The notes below the pieces were generated by a model that had not been told where the DNA came from, searched no databases, and saw only the letters and a list, made by a program, of their open reading frames with translations. Shown here in pieces: positions 9,755 to 18,864 of a DNA stretch of 64,000 nt. This DNA comes from an uncultured Pseudomonadales bacterium (GTDB taxonomy: Bacteria > Patescibacteriota > Microgenomatia > UBA1400 > PJMF01), in NCBI GenBank assembly GCA_964570365.1, contig CAZMXT010000001.1, positions 73,440-137,439 on the forward strand, given 5' to 3'. The position numbers were made by a program, and so were the translations under genes. Position 1 is the stretch's first letter, and every line of letters starts with the position of its first letter.

Positions 9755-11290
9755 ATGACCTTTACTTTAGTTATTATCCATTGGAACACCCCAGAGCTTC
9801 TAGAACAACAATTAACGGCACTTCATGATCTTAAGCATGGAGAAGTTATCGTGATTGATAATGCTTCCTCAGCCAGCATTCACTTACTAGAAGAAAGCTT
9901 TCCAAGAGTAAAGTTTATTTACAACCAGATAAATAAGGGCTTTAGCTTTGCTTGTAATCAAGGTTTAAGCCAAGCCACCGGAAACTGGGTCATGTTCCTT
10001 AACTCTGATGTGGAAATTGATGAACCCCGAATTGAGAATATGATCAGGTTTGTTGAGGAGAAAAACCTAGTCGCAGCTTCTCCAGACTTTTCTAACGATG
10101 ACTATAAAAAACCAATCCCGTCTTTTTGGAGTTTGTTCGTTGAGTTTACACCTCTCTCAACATTGATTTCTTTGAGTGAAGCGTCCCCTCTGACCTTAGT
10201 TGGTGGATGCTTACTGATAAAGAAAACCACGTTGCTAGGACTTCAAGGCTGGGATGAGCGGTTTTTCCTCTGGTTTGAAGATTCCGACTTATCTAAGCGC
10301 TTAGTTGAACAGAAACTGCCTTTTGAGTTAATCAAGGATACAGGAATTAACCATATTGGAGGGACCTCTCTTAGAACACTTACTACTCAAGAACAGAGGA
10401 CAATTTTCTTCCTCTCTTTAAGGCTCTATGCAGAAAAATACTTTTCCGGTTTTGGAAGAAATTTTCTGAGCGCTATGACCCAGAAATTTTCCAGTAATAA
10501 ATTACTTCCGTCAGATCCTAAAATAACTGCCAGTATTGTGGTCCCAAACCAAACTAACACTCTCTTAGAGAAATTTCTTCAGCATAATTACCAGTACTTT
10601 GATTTCTCGATGGAAGAACTAATTGTTGTGAGCAGCGCTGAGATATCATGGGACTTAAAAATGACTTACCCCGAAACAATTTTTATACACTCGAAGCAAC
10701 GGCTGGGCTTTGCTGCAGCAGTGAACTTGGGACTAAAACGCAGTCGTGGTTTATACCTTGGCACCGTAAATGATGATGTGACTCTAGAAAAGAACTGGCT
10801 TAAAAAGCTCGTCGCTCACTTCGAAGACAGCACTGCCAGTCTCTCCCCCCTGATTCTTAATAGATCAGGTGAAGTTGAATCACTAGGTATTAATGTATTA
10901 CCGTTTGGCCGGGCAGAGAGATTACGGGAGATCGCACTAGAAAGAAACTCTGATACATTTAATGGGGCATGTGTGATCTTTTGTAGAAAGGCATTAGAAG
11001 AAGTAGGTTTATTTGATGAGAACTTTCAGTCTTACTTAGAAGATATTGATTTAGGCTTACGTTTCAAAAAAGCTGGCTGGATAAACAAGACCGTCAGTCA
11101 AGTAAAAGTACTTCATCTTGGCCAACAAACCTCTCATGACATGGGAGCACAGAAGAACTTTCTGGACTTTCGCAATTGGTGGCTAGTCATGATAAAAAAT
11201 TTTCCAATCAGTCATTGGTTCCAACATCTCTTGCCCATTTTTCTGGAGAGAGGCAGGAACTTGTCAGGCTGGTTAAAAGCTAGAAACTAG
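9755..11290 (+). CDS. bidomain GT2 glycosyltransferase (two tandem GT-A domains)
   Basis: The first domain reads VIIHWNTPELLEQ...VIDNASS...FACNQG...NSDVEID...WFEDSDLSKR. The second reads IVVPNQTN...GFAAAVNLGL...TVNDDV...YLEDIDLGLR. Both are GT2-type layouts with DxD-like motifs. Confidence 0.8.
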   Translation: MTFTLVIIHWNTPELLEQQLTALHDLKHGEVIVIDNASSASIHLLEESFPRVKFIYNQINKGFSFACNQGLSQATGNWVMFLNSDVEIDEPRIENMIRFVEEKNLVAASPDFSNDDYKKPIPSFWSLFVEFTPLSTLISLSEASPLTLVGGCLLIKKTTLLGLQGWDERFFLWFEDSDLSKRLVEQKLPFELIKDTGINHIGGTSLRTLTTQEQRTIFFLSLRLYAEKYFSGFGRNFLSAMTQKFSSNKLLPSDPKITASIVVPNQTNTLLEKFLQHNYQYFDFSMEELIVVSSAEISWDLKMTYPETIFIHSKQRLGFAAAVNLGLKRSRGLYLGTVNDDVTLEKNWLKKLVAHFEDSTASLSPLILNRSGEVESLGINVLPFGRAERLREIALERNSDTFNGACVIFCRKALEEVGLFDENFQSYLEDIDLGLRFKKAGWINKTVSQVKVLHLGQQTSHDMGAQKNFLDFRNWWLVMIKNFPISHWFQHLLPIFLERGRNLSGWLKARN

Positions 11291-11291
11291 T

Positions 11292-12740
11292 ATGTTGTCA
11301 CCACCCCAAGATAGATACTTTACGCTTGCCTGCTTTTTAACTTTGAGTACTCTGTTTGTCTTCATCCGCTTATTTAATATCTCTAACTCTCTCCTTTACT
11401 TTAATGATATGGGTCGAGATTCTTTGGTATTACTGGAATGGGCTGAAACAGGAAAACCTCCATTATTAGGACCTCAAACAAGTGCATTACCTTTTAACCA
11501 GAGTGCGCTCTACTTCTATCTCCTTTATCCCATCTTTCTACTAACTCACTACTCTAGCTTTTCAGCCGTTCTGACGAATGTAGGTTTTTACCTCGTAACT
11601 TTTGCAACAGCTCTATACATTTCTCGTAAAAATAAAATCCTGACTAAAGTAAGCTTACTAGTTTTTTTCTTGCTTACAATCCATCCCCAGTTTATAATTC
11701 AAAATAGATTTGTTTGGAACCCCTCATTTGTGGGCCCTTCCATTTTGCTTGCCTTTCTCTTTTTTTACAGACTAAAAGAAAAGTTTTCTTTTAAGTATCT
11801 AGCTGCTTTTTCATTAAGCATCGCTGCTGCTACTGCCTTTAGTTACTCAGCTCTTCCAATCCTTTTAGCCTTTGGGGTAGCCAGCATTGTCTACTTCCGA
11901 GTTCGTTCATTCATAATAGGAGCTACGACTGCTATGGCTTTGGGGATTGTGAATTTGCCCACTATTTTCTTTGAACTCAGACATGGCTTTGTACTGACTC
12001 AGATGATGCTTACTAGAGAGAAACTTGCTCAGTCTGGTGCTGGCTTTTCACCACAACTGAGAGATCTAATCAGATACTCTCTATCGACCTCCAACGGTCA
12101 ACTTAATATTTTTGTAGTCTTTTTATTTGTCACTGCACTCATCATTTCATATTTTATTTTTCGTCGCCAAAAAGAGAGTTCAGCGCAAGAGAGTATTTTT
12201 CAGGTGGCTTTTTTAGTATTTAGTCTGGCAGTTGTGTTCACTTTGGTCATCCCAATTGGCATTCACGCTCACTATATATTTGGAGTAGTGACGCTCGGAT
12301 TTATAACTTTGGCAGTCATACCTAATCGGGTCCTAGCCCCACTACTTAGTTTGATAGTACTAGTCTGGCTCTTACCAATAGCGAAAGGCAATTATTTTTT
12401 GCCAGTAAGTCGAACAGTCTTTCAAATGGAAAGTTGTTTTGCCACAATTTGCAATCAAGAAAAAGAAGCCCTGTTTGTGAGCGTTCAATCTGATTTTCAT
12501 CCCTACCATAATGCCCCAGAACATCGATTTCTGCTAAGAAAAGCAGGCTGTAATGTCAAAAATATTGAAGCTAATCCTGAAGCCGCACAGCATATGGTTG
12601 TAGTGTTGGATAGTTCACTCTATGAACACGGTAGGACTACGTATAACGAGCTGAGTATGTTTGGACCAGCAAAGGAACTAAGAAAGTACACCTGCCTGCC
12701 TAACTTTGGAGTAGTATTGCTAGAGAAAAGTTTGGACTAG
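11292..12740 (+). CDS. polytopic membrane protein, GT-C candidate (GRD-motif family, paralog of 45982-47523)
   Basis: The 482-aa protein has FIRLFNISNSLLYFNDMGRDSLVLL...LLGPQTS...LYFYLLYPIFLL, which aligns with FLRLWNFRNTLEFLGDQGRDVIVAS...LIGPVTS...LYYYFMVPFLFL in the 45982 ORF. Confidence 0.55.
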   Translation: MLSPPQDRYFTLACFLTLSTLFVFIRLFNISNSLLYFNDMGRDSLVLLEWAETGKPPLLGPQTSALPFNQSALYFYLLYPIFLLTHYSSFSAVLTNVGFYLVTFATALYISRKNKILTKVSLLVFFLLTIHPQFIIQNRFVWNPSFVGPSILLAFLFFYRLKEKFSFKYLAAFSLSIAAATAFSYSALPILLAFGVASIVYFRVRSFIIGATTAMALGIVNLPTIFFELRHGFVLTQMMLTREKLAQSGAGFSPQLRDLIRYSLSTSNGQLNIFVVFLFVTALIISYFIFRRQKESSAQESIFQVAFLVFSLAVVFTLVIPIGIHAHYIFGVVTLGFITLAVIPNRVLAPLLSLIVLVWLLPIAKGNYFLPVSRTVFQMESCFATICNQEKEALFVSVQSDFHPYHNAPEHRFLLRKAGCNVKNIEANPEAAQHMVVVLDSSLYEHGRTTYNELSMFGPAKELRKYTCLPNFGVVLLEKSLD

Positions 12741-13657
12741 ATAGACTCGAAGATGCTTAAAAAATACTTTACTGTTTCTTCTAGCCCTTGACGCAACCCA
12801 ACCTGAGCTTTCCAACCCAGTAGTTCTTGCGCCTTGGTCGCATCAGCTACAAGTACTAAAGGATCTCCAGGCCTATTAGGGAAGTTCTTGATCTTAGCCT
12901 TCTTCTCCATAATCTCTTCTAGCAGCTGAATTACTTCAGCCACAGAGGCAGGTTTTTGAGTTGAAAAGTTAAAGTAGTGATACTTATGAGGTTGCTGCTG
13001 CGAAAATTCTAGCCCCCTGATATGTCCTGATACTATATCGTCTATGTGAATAAAGTCACGACGATGCTCACCACTTCCCCAGACAGTGACCTCTTCTCCC
13101 TTATAAATCTGTTTGATGAACCTTGGTATGGCGTGAGTTTCAGGTTGGTGATTTTCTTCTGGACCATAAAGATTAAAGTAACGCAAACCCATTCCCGTAA
13201 AACCGTAACTTTCTACATAGGACGACACAAGTCCTTCCATAGCCAACTTGGTCATTCCATAGGGGTTAATTGGAATTGTGCGATCATCTTCAAAAATTGG
13301 AGATCTGAGTGGCTCTCCATACACTGCTGCGCTAGAAGAAAAAATAAAAGTCGAAATATTGTTCTGACGCATCGCCTCGAGTACGGAAACTGTACCTGAA
13401 ATGTTAACGTCCACAAACTTTTGTGGGAACTTGACTGACTCCCCTGCCTCGATTAAGGCTGCTAAGTGAAAAACGGCATCGGCGTCTTTGACTTCTGCCA
13501 GCATTTTTTGAGTATCTTGGATATCTGCAATCACGGCTGGGAACTCTGGATTATCTCTTAAGTCTATGTTCTTTACTTCATGGCCTGCATGTTTCAAAGC
13601 TCTGCACAAATGTTTGCCCAGAAATCCTGAGCCACCTGTTACGATAATTTTTGACAT
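12737..13657 (-). CDS. NAD-dependent sugar epimerase/dehydratase (SDR family, UDP-hexose 4-epimerase-like)
   Basis: The N-terminus MSKIIVTGGSGFLGKHLC carries a GxxGxxG Rossmann motif, and a YxxxK-type catalytic region (PYGMTK) is present. It is 306 aa, a typical length for this family. Confidence 0.8.
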   Translation of the reverse strand: MSKIIVTGGSGFLGKHLCRALKHAGHEVKNIDLRDNPEFPAVIADIQDTQKMLAEVKDADAVFHLAALIEAGESVKFPQKFVDVNISGTVSVLEAMRQNNISTFIFSSSAAVYGEPLRSPIFEDDRTIPINPYGMTKLAMEGLVSSYVESYGFTGMGLRYFNLYGPEENHQPETHAIPRFIKQIYKGEEVTVWGSGEHRRDFIHIDDIVSGHIRGLEFSQQQPHKYHYFNFSTQKPASVAEVIQLLEEIMEKKAKIKNFPNRPGDPLVLVADATKAQELLGWKAQVGLRQGLEETVKYFLSIFESI

Positions 13658-13666
13658 AGAGACTCC

Positions 13667-14875
13667 TTAAGATACCCAATATCCCTGGATAAATAATACA
13701 GTATTAATCAGTAATAGAATGCACAAAATGCCTAGAAAGCATAGTGTAATCAGTGATTTTTTTGGTAAGAAATGAACGAGGACTAAGAAAATGGGGAAGC
13801 AAACTAATAAAAATCTGGGCATGCTTAAGAAGTTTCCCGTTAAAGTGGGGAGTAAAAATACACCAAGTCCAAAAAATACCCACGACGGTCTTACGTATTT
13901 GGCAGCTAATACTAGTAGAGGAAGCCCTAAAGTACCTGCCAAAAATTCATTCACCACAGTAAAGTACCGCCAGTTAAATGGCCGGAAGGTAAGCAGCGTC
14001 TTGAGCGATCTCCACCAGGTTTGGGGATATGTTATGAAGCCTTCTTGCCTACCCGCTCCAAAATCAGCCTGGACATGCAAAAAGTACAACGGATCTTTAA
14101 ACTCCTGCTGTAGAAAAAACATATAACTCAAAAGTCCTACGCTACTGCACAGAATCAGGACTGCTTGGGGCAATGATTTTTGGAAAAAGCTTTTTATAAG
14201 CTCAACGCTAAGAATTATCTTCTTTTTTTGCTGGCTCTGCTTTTCATAAAATTGAAGAGCAAGTTCAATGAGTAAAGCCGGAATCAAGAAGATTCCTACC
14301 ACCCGGGTAGCAGCAGCCAACATCGCAAAAAGACTAGCTCTAAACCACCAGCCCTTTCTGGCTGTATAAAATGAGCTAATAACTAATAAGAGAAATAATG
14401 ACTCAGTATAAAGAGCCCCTAAGAAAAAAGCTGTCGGGAAGAGAAAGAGTAGTAAGACTGCAAGCCATGCTTTATCTTTATCAAAAAATTCTTTGACAAA
14501 TGCATACCATACCCAAGCCAATAACAAACTAAAAACATTTGTTAGGACTAAACCACCTGCCAAAGAAATTAAGCTGGAGCCAAAGGTAAGATGCAAGAAA
14601 CCCAATATAATGTAGGGAAACAAAGGGAAAAAAGCCTGAACTAAACCGAACCCCACATATCCTTCAGCAGCAATCGTTAGATAATGAACTCCATCAAAGT
14701 TTGCCCAACTAAAAAGCCAACGAGGTAAATGTGTGCTTGGCAAAATAGTATCAAAGTAAGGAAACGATGGCTGATAAAGTAAAAAGCTGTCAGCAAAAAA
14801 ACTTAAACCAAATAGAGTTACCCGCCATATAATAAAAAAAAGGGTGATGAGAGCCAGCTCTTTTTTACTAAGCAT
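13667..14875 (-). CDS. polytopic membrane protein, candidate mannosyltransferase of the PIG-V/DUF2029-like GT-C type
   Basis: A 402-aa protein that is hydrophobic throughout. Its loop motif WANFDGVHYLTIAAEGY resembles the conserved loop of PIG-V/GT87-type membrane mannosyltransferases. This is recalled from memory, not searched. Confidence 0.45.
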   Translation of the reverse strand: MLSKKELALITLFFIIWRVTLFGLSFFADSFLLYQPSFPYFDTILPSTHLPRWLFSWANFDGVHYLTIAAEGYVGFGLVQAFFPLFPYIILGFLHLTFGSSLISLAGGLVLTNVFSLLLAWVWYAFVKEFFDKDKAWLAVLLLFLFPTAFFLGALYTESLFLLLVISSFYTARKGWWFRASLFAMLAAATRVVGIFLIPALLIELALQFYEKQSQQKKKIILSVELIKSFFQKSLPQAVLILCSSVGLLSYMFFLQQEFKDPLYFLHVQADFGAGRQEGFITYPQTWWRSLKTLLTFRPFNWRYFTVVNEFLAGTLGLPLLVLAAKYVRPSWVFFGLGVFLLPTLTGNFLSMPRFLLVCFPIFLVLVHFLPKKSLITLCFLGILCILLLINTVLFIQGYWVS

Positions 14876-16565
14876 TTATGATTTTTCTTCTAAACTGACT
14901 GATGCCACAGAGCGCTATTGCGATCAGAGTAAGTCCACTTGCTGAGTTCCCGATCAAACGCGGCCAAGTCCGTTGAGTGAAGCGTGTTTGAACTTGGTAC
15001 TGACCGGCTGGTAAAGTATATGCGAGCCTTCCTTTTATTTGTTCATTATTACTATAGCTCAGCTTGAGCCAACTCTGAACACCCACAGCTTTGACTCTTG
15101 TCTCCCAACCTGGGAAGTTCATAGTTGGCTCAGTTACTATTGAAGGCTCGGTTAACTGAAGTTCATAGTTACGATATGACCCCTTCCAGTTGTACACATT
15201 GATACTGCCTTTCCCCTCCAGTAAAGTAGGTGCTGGACTCCAGTCCGATATCTCGGTGTAGGTAAAGTTTTGAGGCAAGTTTTCGTTAGCTGTAGTTGTA
15301 CTTTGAGGAAAGTTATCATAACCAACAGACTCTTTATGAAAGTACGATACTGCCTCCACTCTAGTAAAAGTTAGGAGTTGAAGTAGTAATAGAATAACAA
15401 AGCAACTTTTTCCCCATTTTCCTAGTTGCTGATACACAAATGCAGCTAATGGAATCAAAAATACCACTAAGAATAAAGTTAACCGCCAAGGAAATTGTAT
15501 AAAATTAGCTAAGGGAACCAGCTGCCAAATCATTGCACTGAATTGAAGCTGCGCAACTAGAAGAATCCAAGCTATTCCTGTGCAAAAAAGCAGAGTTCTT
15601 TTACCATGCAGAGGAATTTTTTTCCAGATCTTAATTCCGATTACCTCAGTTGCTGCTACCAAAACAAAGAATTGGAGTAATCCAACGCTAAATGCTGCTG
15701 AGTCAATCCTCCCAGGATAAGAGAAACCAGACTTTAGTGGTGAAAAAAGGAGCTGTTTTAGAGTTGGGAAATGTTGCAAAAACCCTTGTGATATTCCCGC
15801 CCCATTAATCACTGTATATTTTTGCTCTAATAATGCTGGCAGCCAAAACCAAAGAGAAAGCAGACCTGCTAAGACAAGAACAATACTAAAATTACTCCAC
15901 ATCTTGGTTTTTTTTCCAAACCTCAACAACCCATAGGTGAACAGGAGCGGTGTCCCAAACAGAACAGTCACATTATGGGAAAGAAAAAATGCGGCTAAAA
16001 GGAAAACCAAAATAAGTTCAAACTTGAGACCTGGTGTCTTTGCCTTCTGAGCAATAGTGTCAATTCCAAGTAAGAGCCAAGGAAACAAGCTCAAAGCTAG
16101 TATCTCACCAATACTGCCACGGAAAAAAAATAACTGCAAAATATATGGGCTGGCAGCGAAGACTCCAATCCCAAAACGTCGGCTAGAAAGGTCAAATCCT
16201 AGCAGCTTTAACCAAAACCAAGCTCCAATCAAACCACTCACAATTGCTGTAGCAGCAAGTATTTTAAAAGTCAGCTCATACGAGACTTTGGCAAAAGAAA
16301 AAGGCAGTGACAGAATATTGGCTAACGGATAATTAAAGTTAAACACCGGATATCCGTAGTGATTCATAAGATTGGGAGCAAAACGAGGTGGAAACTGACC
16401 CTCACGCACCGCCGCCTTATAGTTCGCAAAACGAGCTAAGTGGTTCTCCCCATCGTGGGTAGTAGGAAAATCTGAGTGGAGAAAAACACGAGTAACAAAG
16501 AAAGCTAAAAATACAATCCAGCCAATAGTGGTGAGCATAGATTTAGCTAAAAGTTTTTTACGCAT
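14868..16565 (-). CDS. large polytopic membrane protein, GQFP-RW motif family (GT-C candidate; paralog of 32270 and 35399)
   Basis: N-terminal loop THDGENHLARFANYKAAVREGQFPPRFAPNLMNHYGYPVFNFNYPL. The same motif layout recurs in two other ORFs in the window. The membrane core is followed by a C-terminal domain of about 150 aa. Confidence 0.6.
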   Translation of the reverse strand: MRKKLLAKSMLTTIGWIVFLAFFVTRVFLHSDFPTTHDGENHLARFANYKAAVREGQFPPRFAPNLMNHYGYPVFNFNYPLANILSLPFSFAKVSYELTFKILAATAIVSGLIGAWFWLKLLGFDLSSRRFGIGVFAASPYILQLFFFRGSIGEILALSLFPWLLLGIDTIAQKAKTPGLKFELILVFLLAAFFLSHNVTVLFGTPLLFTYGLLRFGKKTKMWSNFSIVLVLAGLLSLWFWLPALLEQKYTVINGAGISQGFLQHFPTLKQLLFSPLKSGFSYPGRIDSAAFSVGLLQFFVLVAATEVIGIKIWKKIPLHGKRTLLFCTGIAWILLVAQLQFSAMIWQLVPLANFIQFPWRLTLFLVVFLIPLAAFVYQQLGKWGKSCFVILLLLQLLTFTRVEAVSYFHKESVGYDNFPQSTTTANENLPQNFTYTEISDWSPAPTLLEGKGSINVYNWKGSYRNYELQLTEPSIVTEPTMNFPGWETRVKAVGVQSWLKLSYSNNEQIKGRLAYTLPAGQYQVQTRFTQRTWPRLIGNSASGLTLIAIALCGISQFRRKIINA

Positions 16566-16571
16566 CTTGGT

Positions 16572-17660
16572 CTATTTGCTTGGAAAAAGCGAGTGATAAA
16601 CCTTAACTGTTTCTAGTGCGGTCTTTGCCCAACTGAACTCTTTACTCCATTTATAACCAGCTCTGACTCTTTCTTCTCTGCGAGTTTTCGACCAGCTCAG
16701 CACTTGTTTAATACCATTAGCTAATGACTCCGCATCATCTTCAACATACTCTGCCACTTCACCCCCTACTTCAACAAGTGACGAACTTCTGACTGCCACC
16801 ACGGGCGTGCGACACTGCATTGCTTCTAAAATTGGCAAGCCAAAACCTTCATAGAGTGATGGCTGGACATAGACTTGAGCACCAGCATAAACAGCAGCCA
16901 ATTCATTCGTAGCAGCAGCTGAAAGTTCAGTCAAGAAGTGAACTCTGTCAAGGACGTTACTCAGAGCTAGTTGAGTTTCAATGGCTTTCCATTCTGGAAT
17001 ATCTTGTGGAATAAAGTTTCGACCTACACATACTAAGTGAAGATGAGGCGGAAAGTACTTCATGGCCTTAATGAGTTGAGGAATATTCTTATTGTAATTA
17101 ATATCTCCCACATACAACACATACTCTTTGGGCAGTTGGTATTTCTTCATTGTCGTTAGAAGCACTTTTTCTTCAGGCTGTTGGAGCTCTGGATTAGCCG
17201 CTAAGTACACAACGTGAATCTTCTCCCTTCTGATATGTAAGTGTTTCACAATATCCTCTTTTGAACTCAACGAATCTGTGATAATCGCATCAGCTTTTCG
17301 TAGCGACAGCAACTGTCTAAAAAAGGTAAGCTTGCCTTTTTTTCCTGGAGGATACTGCTTAGGAAACTTCAAGGGGATTACATCATGAACTGTAACCACA
17401 CTTTTGGAACCTCTAAAAAATGGTAGAGTAGGAAAAAATAAATCAAAGTATGGGTAATGAACTAGGCTTTGCGATCCAGCTACCTTTGCTTTTAAAATCT
17501 TTTGAGATTTGCGCTCTGCAGAACTTTCTAACTGAATTACTTTCAAGTTATTTACTTGCTCTAGTTCTGCCGCTAAAAAACGCGTATACATGCCAACGCC
17601 TCTGCCGGAGTTTTCATTCACAAGCGGAGAAGTGTCAAGAAAGATGGTGATCTCGTTCAT
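16572..17660 (-). CDS. GT4 family glycosyltransferase (GT-B fold)
   Basis: The C-terminal signature YVQPSLYEGFGLPILEAMQCRTPVVAVRSS matches the EX7E region of GT4 enzymes. Confidence 0.85.
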   Translation of the reverse strand: MNEITIFLDTSPLVNENSGRGVGMYTRFLAAELEQVNNLKVIQLESSAERKSQKILKAKVAGSQSLVHYPYFDLFFPTLPFFRGSKSVVTVHDVIPLKFPKQYPPGKKGKLTFFRQLLSLRKADAIITDSLSSKEDIVKHLHIRREKIHVVYLAANPELQQPEEKVLLTTMKKYQLPKEYVLYVGDINYNKNIPQLIKAMKYFPPHLHLVCVGRNFIPQDIPEWKAIETQLALSNVLDRVHFLTELSAAATNELAAVYAGAQVYVQPSLYEGFGLPILEAMQCRTPVVAVRSSSLVEVGGEVAEYVEDDAESLANGIKQVLSWSKTRREERVRAGYKWSKEFSWAKTALETVKVYHSLFPSK

Positions 17661-18429
17661 AAATTTCCCATAACTTTAAGTACGCTACAGCATGATGCAA
17701 TCCACTAAAAATAGCAAAAACAAACCCCGCTGCTCCATCAAGTAAGCCTTTGTGCCGGAAAAAGATCATAAGAAAAGTAAAGACTGGCTTCCAAATCAAG
17801 AACTGAGCTGCCGTCAAAATATTCACCTTCGTACCAAGCTCTTTTAGTTGAGTACTTTTGAAGGTGGTATATGTGTTGAACTTGCGAAGGTACTCACTAA
17901 AGTTATGGTTACCATAATGAAGTAGGTGACCCTTTGCCCAAGCAACTTCCCCTTTTACTACCATTTGTTCATGCACGTCTTTCTGAGGAAGCTTGGCGAG
18001 TCCTTTTCGGTACAAACGAATTACCGCATCCGGATACTGACCTCCTTTAGAAAGAAACCTCCCTAAGAACCAGTTCTTCCGTTTAATCCACCACCCAGCT
18101 GGAAGGGCTGACTCAGATGAAGGTTTTTGAATCTCCTGATGAAGCACCTGAATGAATGCAGCCAATTCATCATCTACTACTTCGTCGGCATCTAACTGCA
18201 GAATCAAGTCGCCAGTTGCTAAGTCCATTGCTTGTTGCTTATTAATATGAAAGTTTGCTTTATTGGTGGTGGCCGTAACTTTAGCACCCAACTTTTCTGC
18301 CAACTCTACTGTTTTATCCTCAGACTCTCCGTCTACCACAATAATTTCATCTGCAAAACTTTTGACTGCGAGGAGACAGCGTGTAATATTTTTTTCTTCA
18401 TTGTGGGTAGCAAGGACGACTGAGATCAT
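17635..18429 (-). CDS. GT2 family glycosyltransferase
   Basis: It has MISVVLATHNEEKNITRCL...IIVVDGESEDKT...LDADE, a GT-A fold with DxD-like motifs. Confidence 0.8.
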   Translation of the reverse strand: MISVVLATHNEEKNITRCLLAVKSFADEIIVVDGESEDKTVELAEKLGAKVTATTNKANFHINKQQAMDLATGDLILQLDADEVVDDELAAFIQVLHQEIQKPSSESALPAGWWIKRKNWFLGRFLSKGGQYPDAVIRLYRKGLAKLPQKDVHEQMVVKGEVAWAKGHLLHYGNHNFSEYLRKFNTYTTFKSTQLKELGTKVNILTAAQFLIWKPVFTFLMIFFRHKGLLDGAAGFVFAIFSGLHHAVAYLKLWEIYERDHHLS

Positions 18430-18854
18430 AGTGACGGTAACGCTCCAAACTTACGAAGGGTTCTCTCTGTGCCTGTATTCAGATCATACTTCTGCAAATC
18501 ATCAGACTTTACCCAAGCAAAATCCACCCACTCATCATTAAGCTGAACACTTCCTTCAACACTCACATCAAAGTAGAGGTAAATTAAGTACTGTTCCTCT
18601 GTTGTCCCATCACGAAACTTTTTAAGTTTTTGATCGTCTGCAAAAAAAAGCGGTGAGAGTGTTTTTACATATAAAGCAGACTCTTCCCAAATCTCTCTTT
18701 TTAAAGCTTCCTCCACTGTTTCATTGTCTTCTACACCTCCACCAACTAAACCCCATTGTCCAGGAAAAACCCCATGGTCATTGGACATCTTACAGAGTAA
18801 GAACTCCCCTGCCTGATTTCTAATGACACCAACTGCAATTAAACGTCTGAGCAT
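18426..18854 (-). CDS. NUDIX hydrolase
   Basis: The Nudix box GGGVEDNETVEEALKREIWEES is present. At 142 aa it is the size of GDP-mannose mannosyl hydrolase-like Nudix enzymes found in sugar clusters. Confidence 0.8.
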   Translation of the reverse strand: MLRRLIAVGVIRNQAGEFLLCKMSNDHGVFPGQWGLVGGGVEDNETVEEALKREIWEESALYVKTLSPLFFADDQKLKKFRDGTTEEQYLIYLYFDVSVEGSVQLNDEWVDFAWVKSDDLQKYDLNTGTERTLRKFGALPSL

Positions 18855-18864
18855 AATTTTTTCT

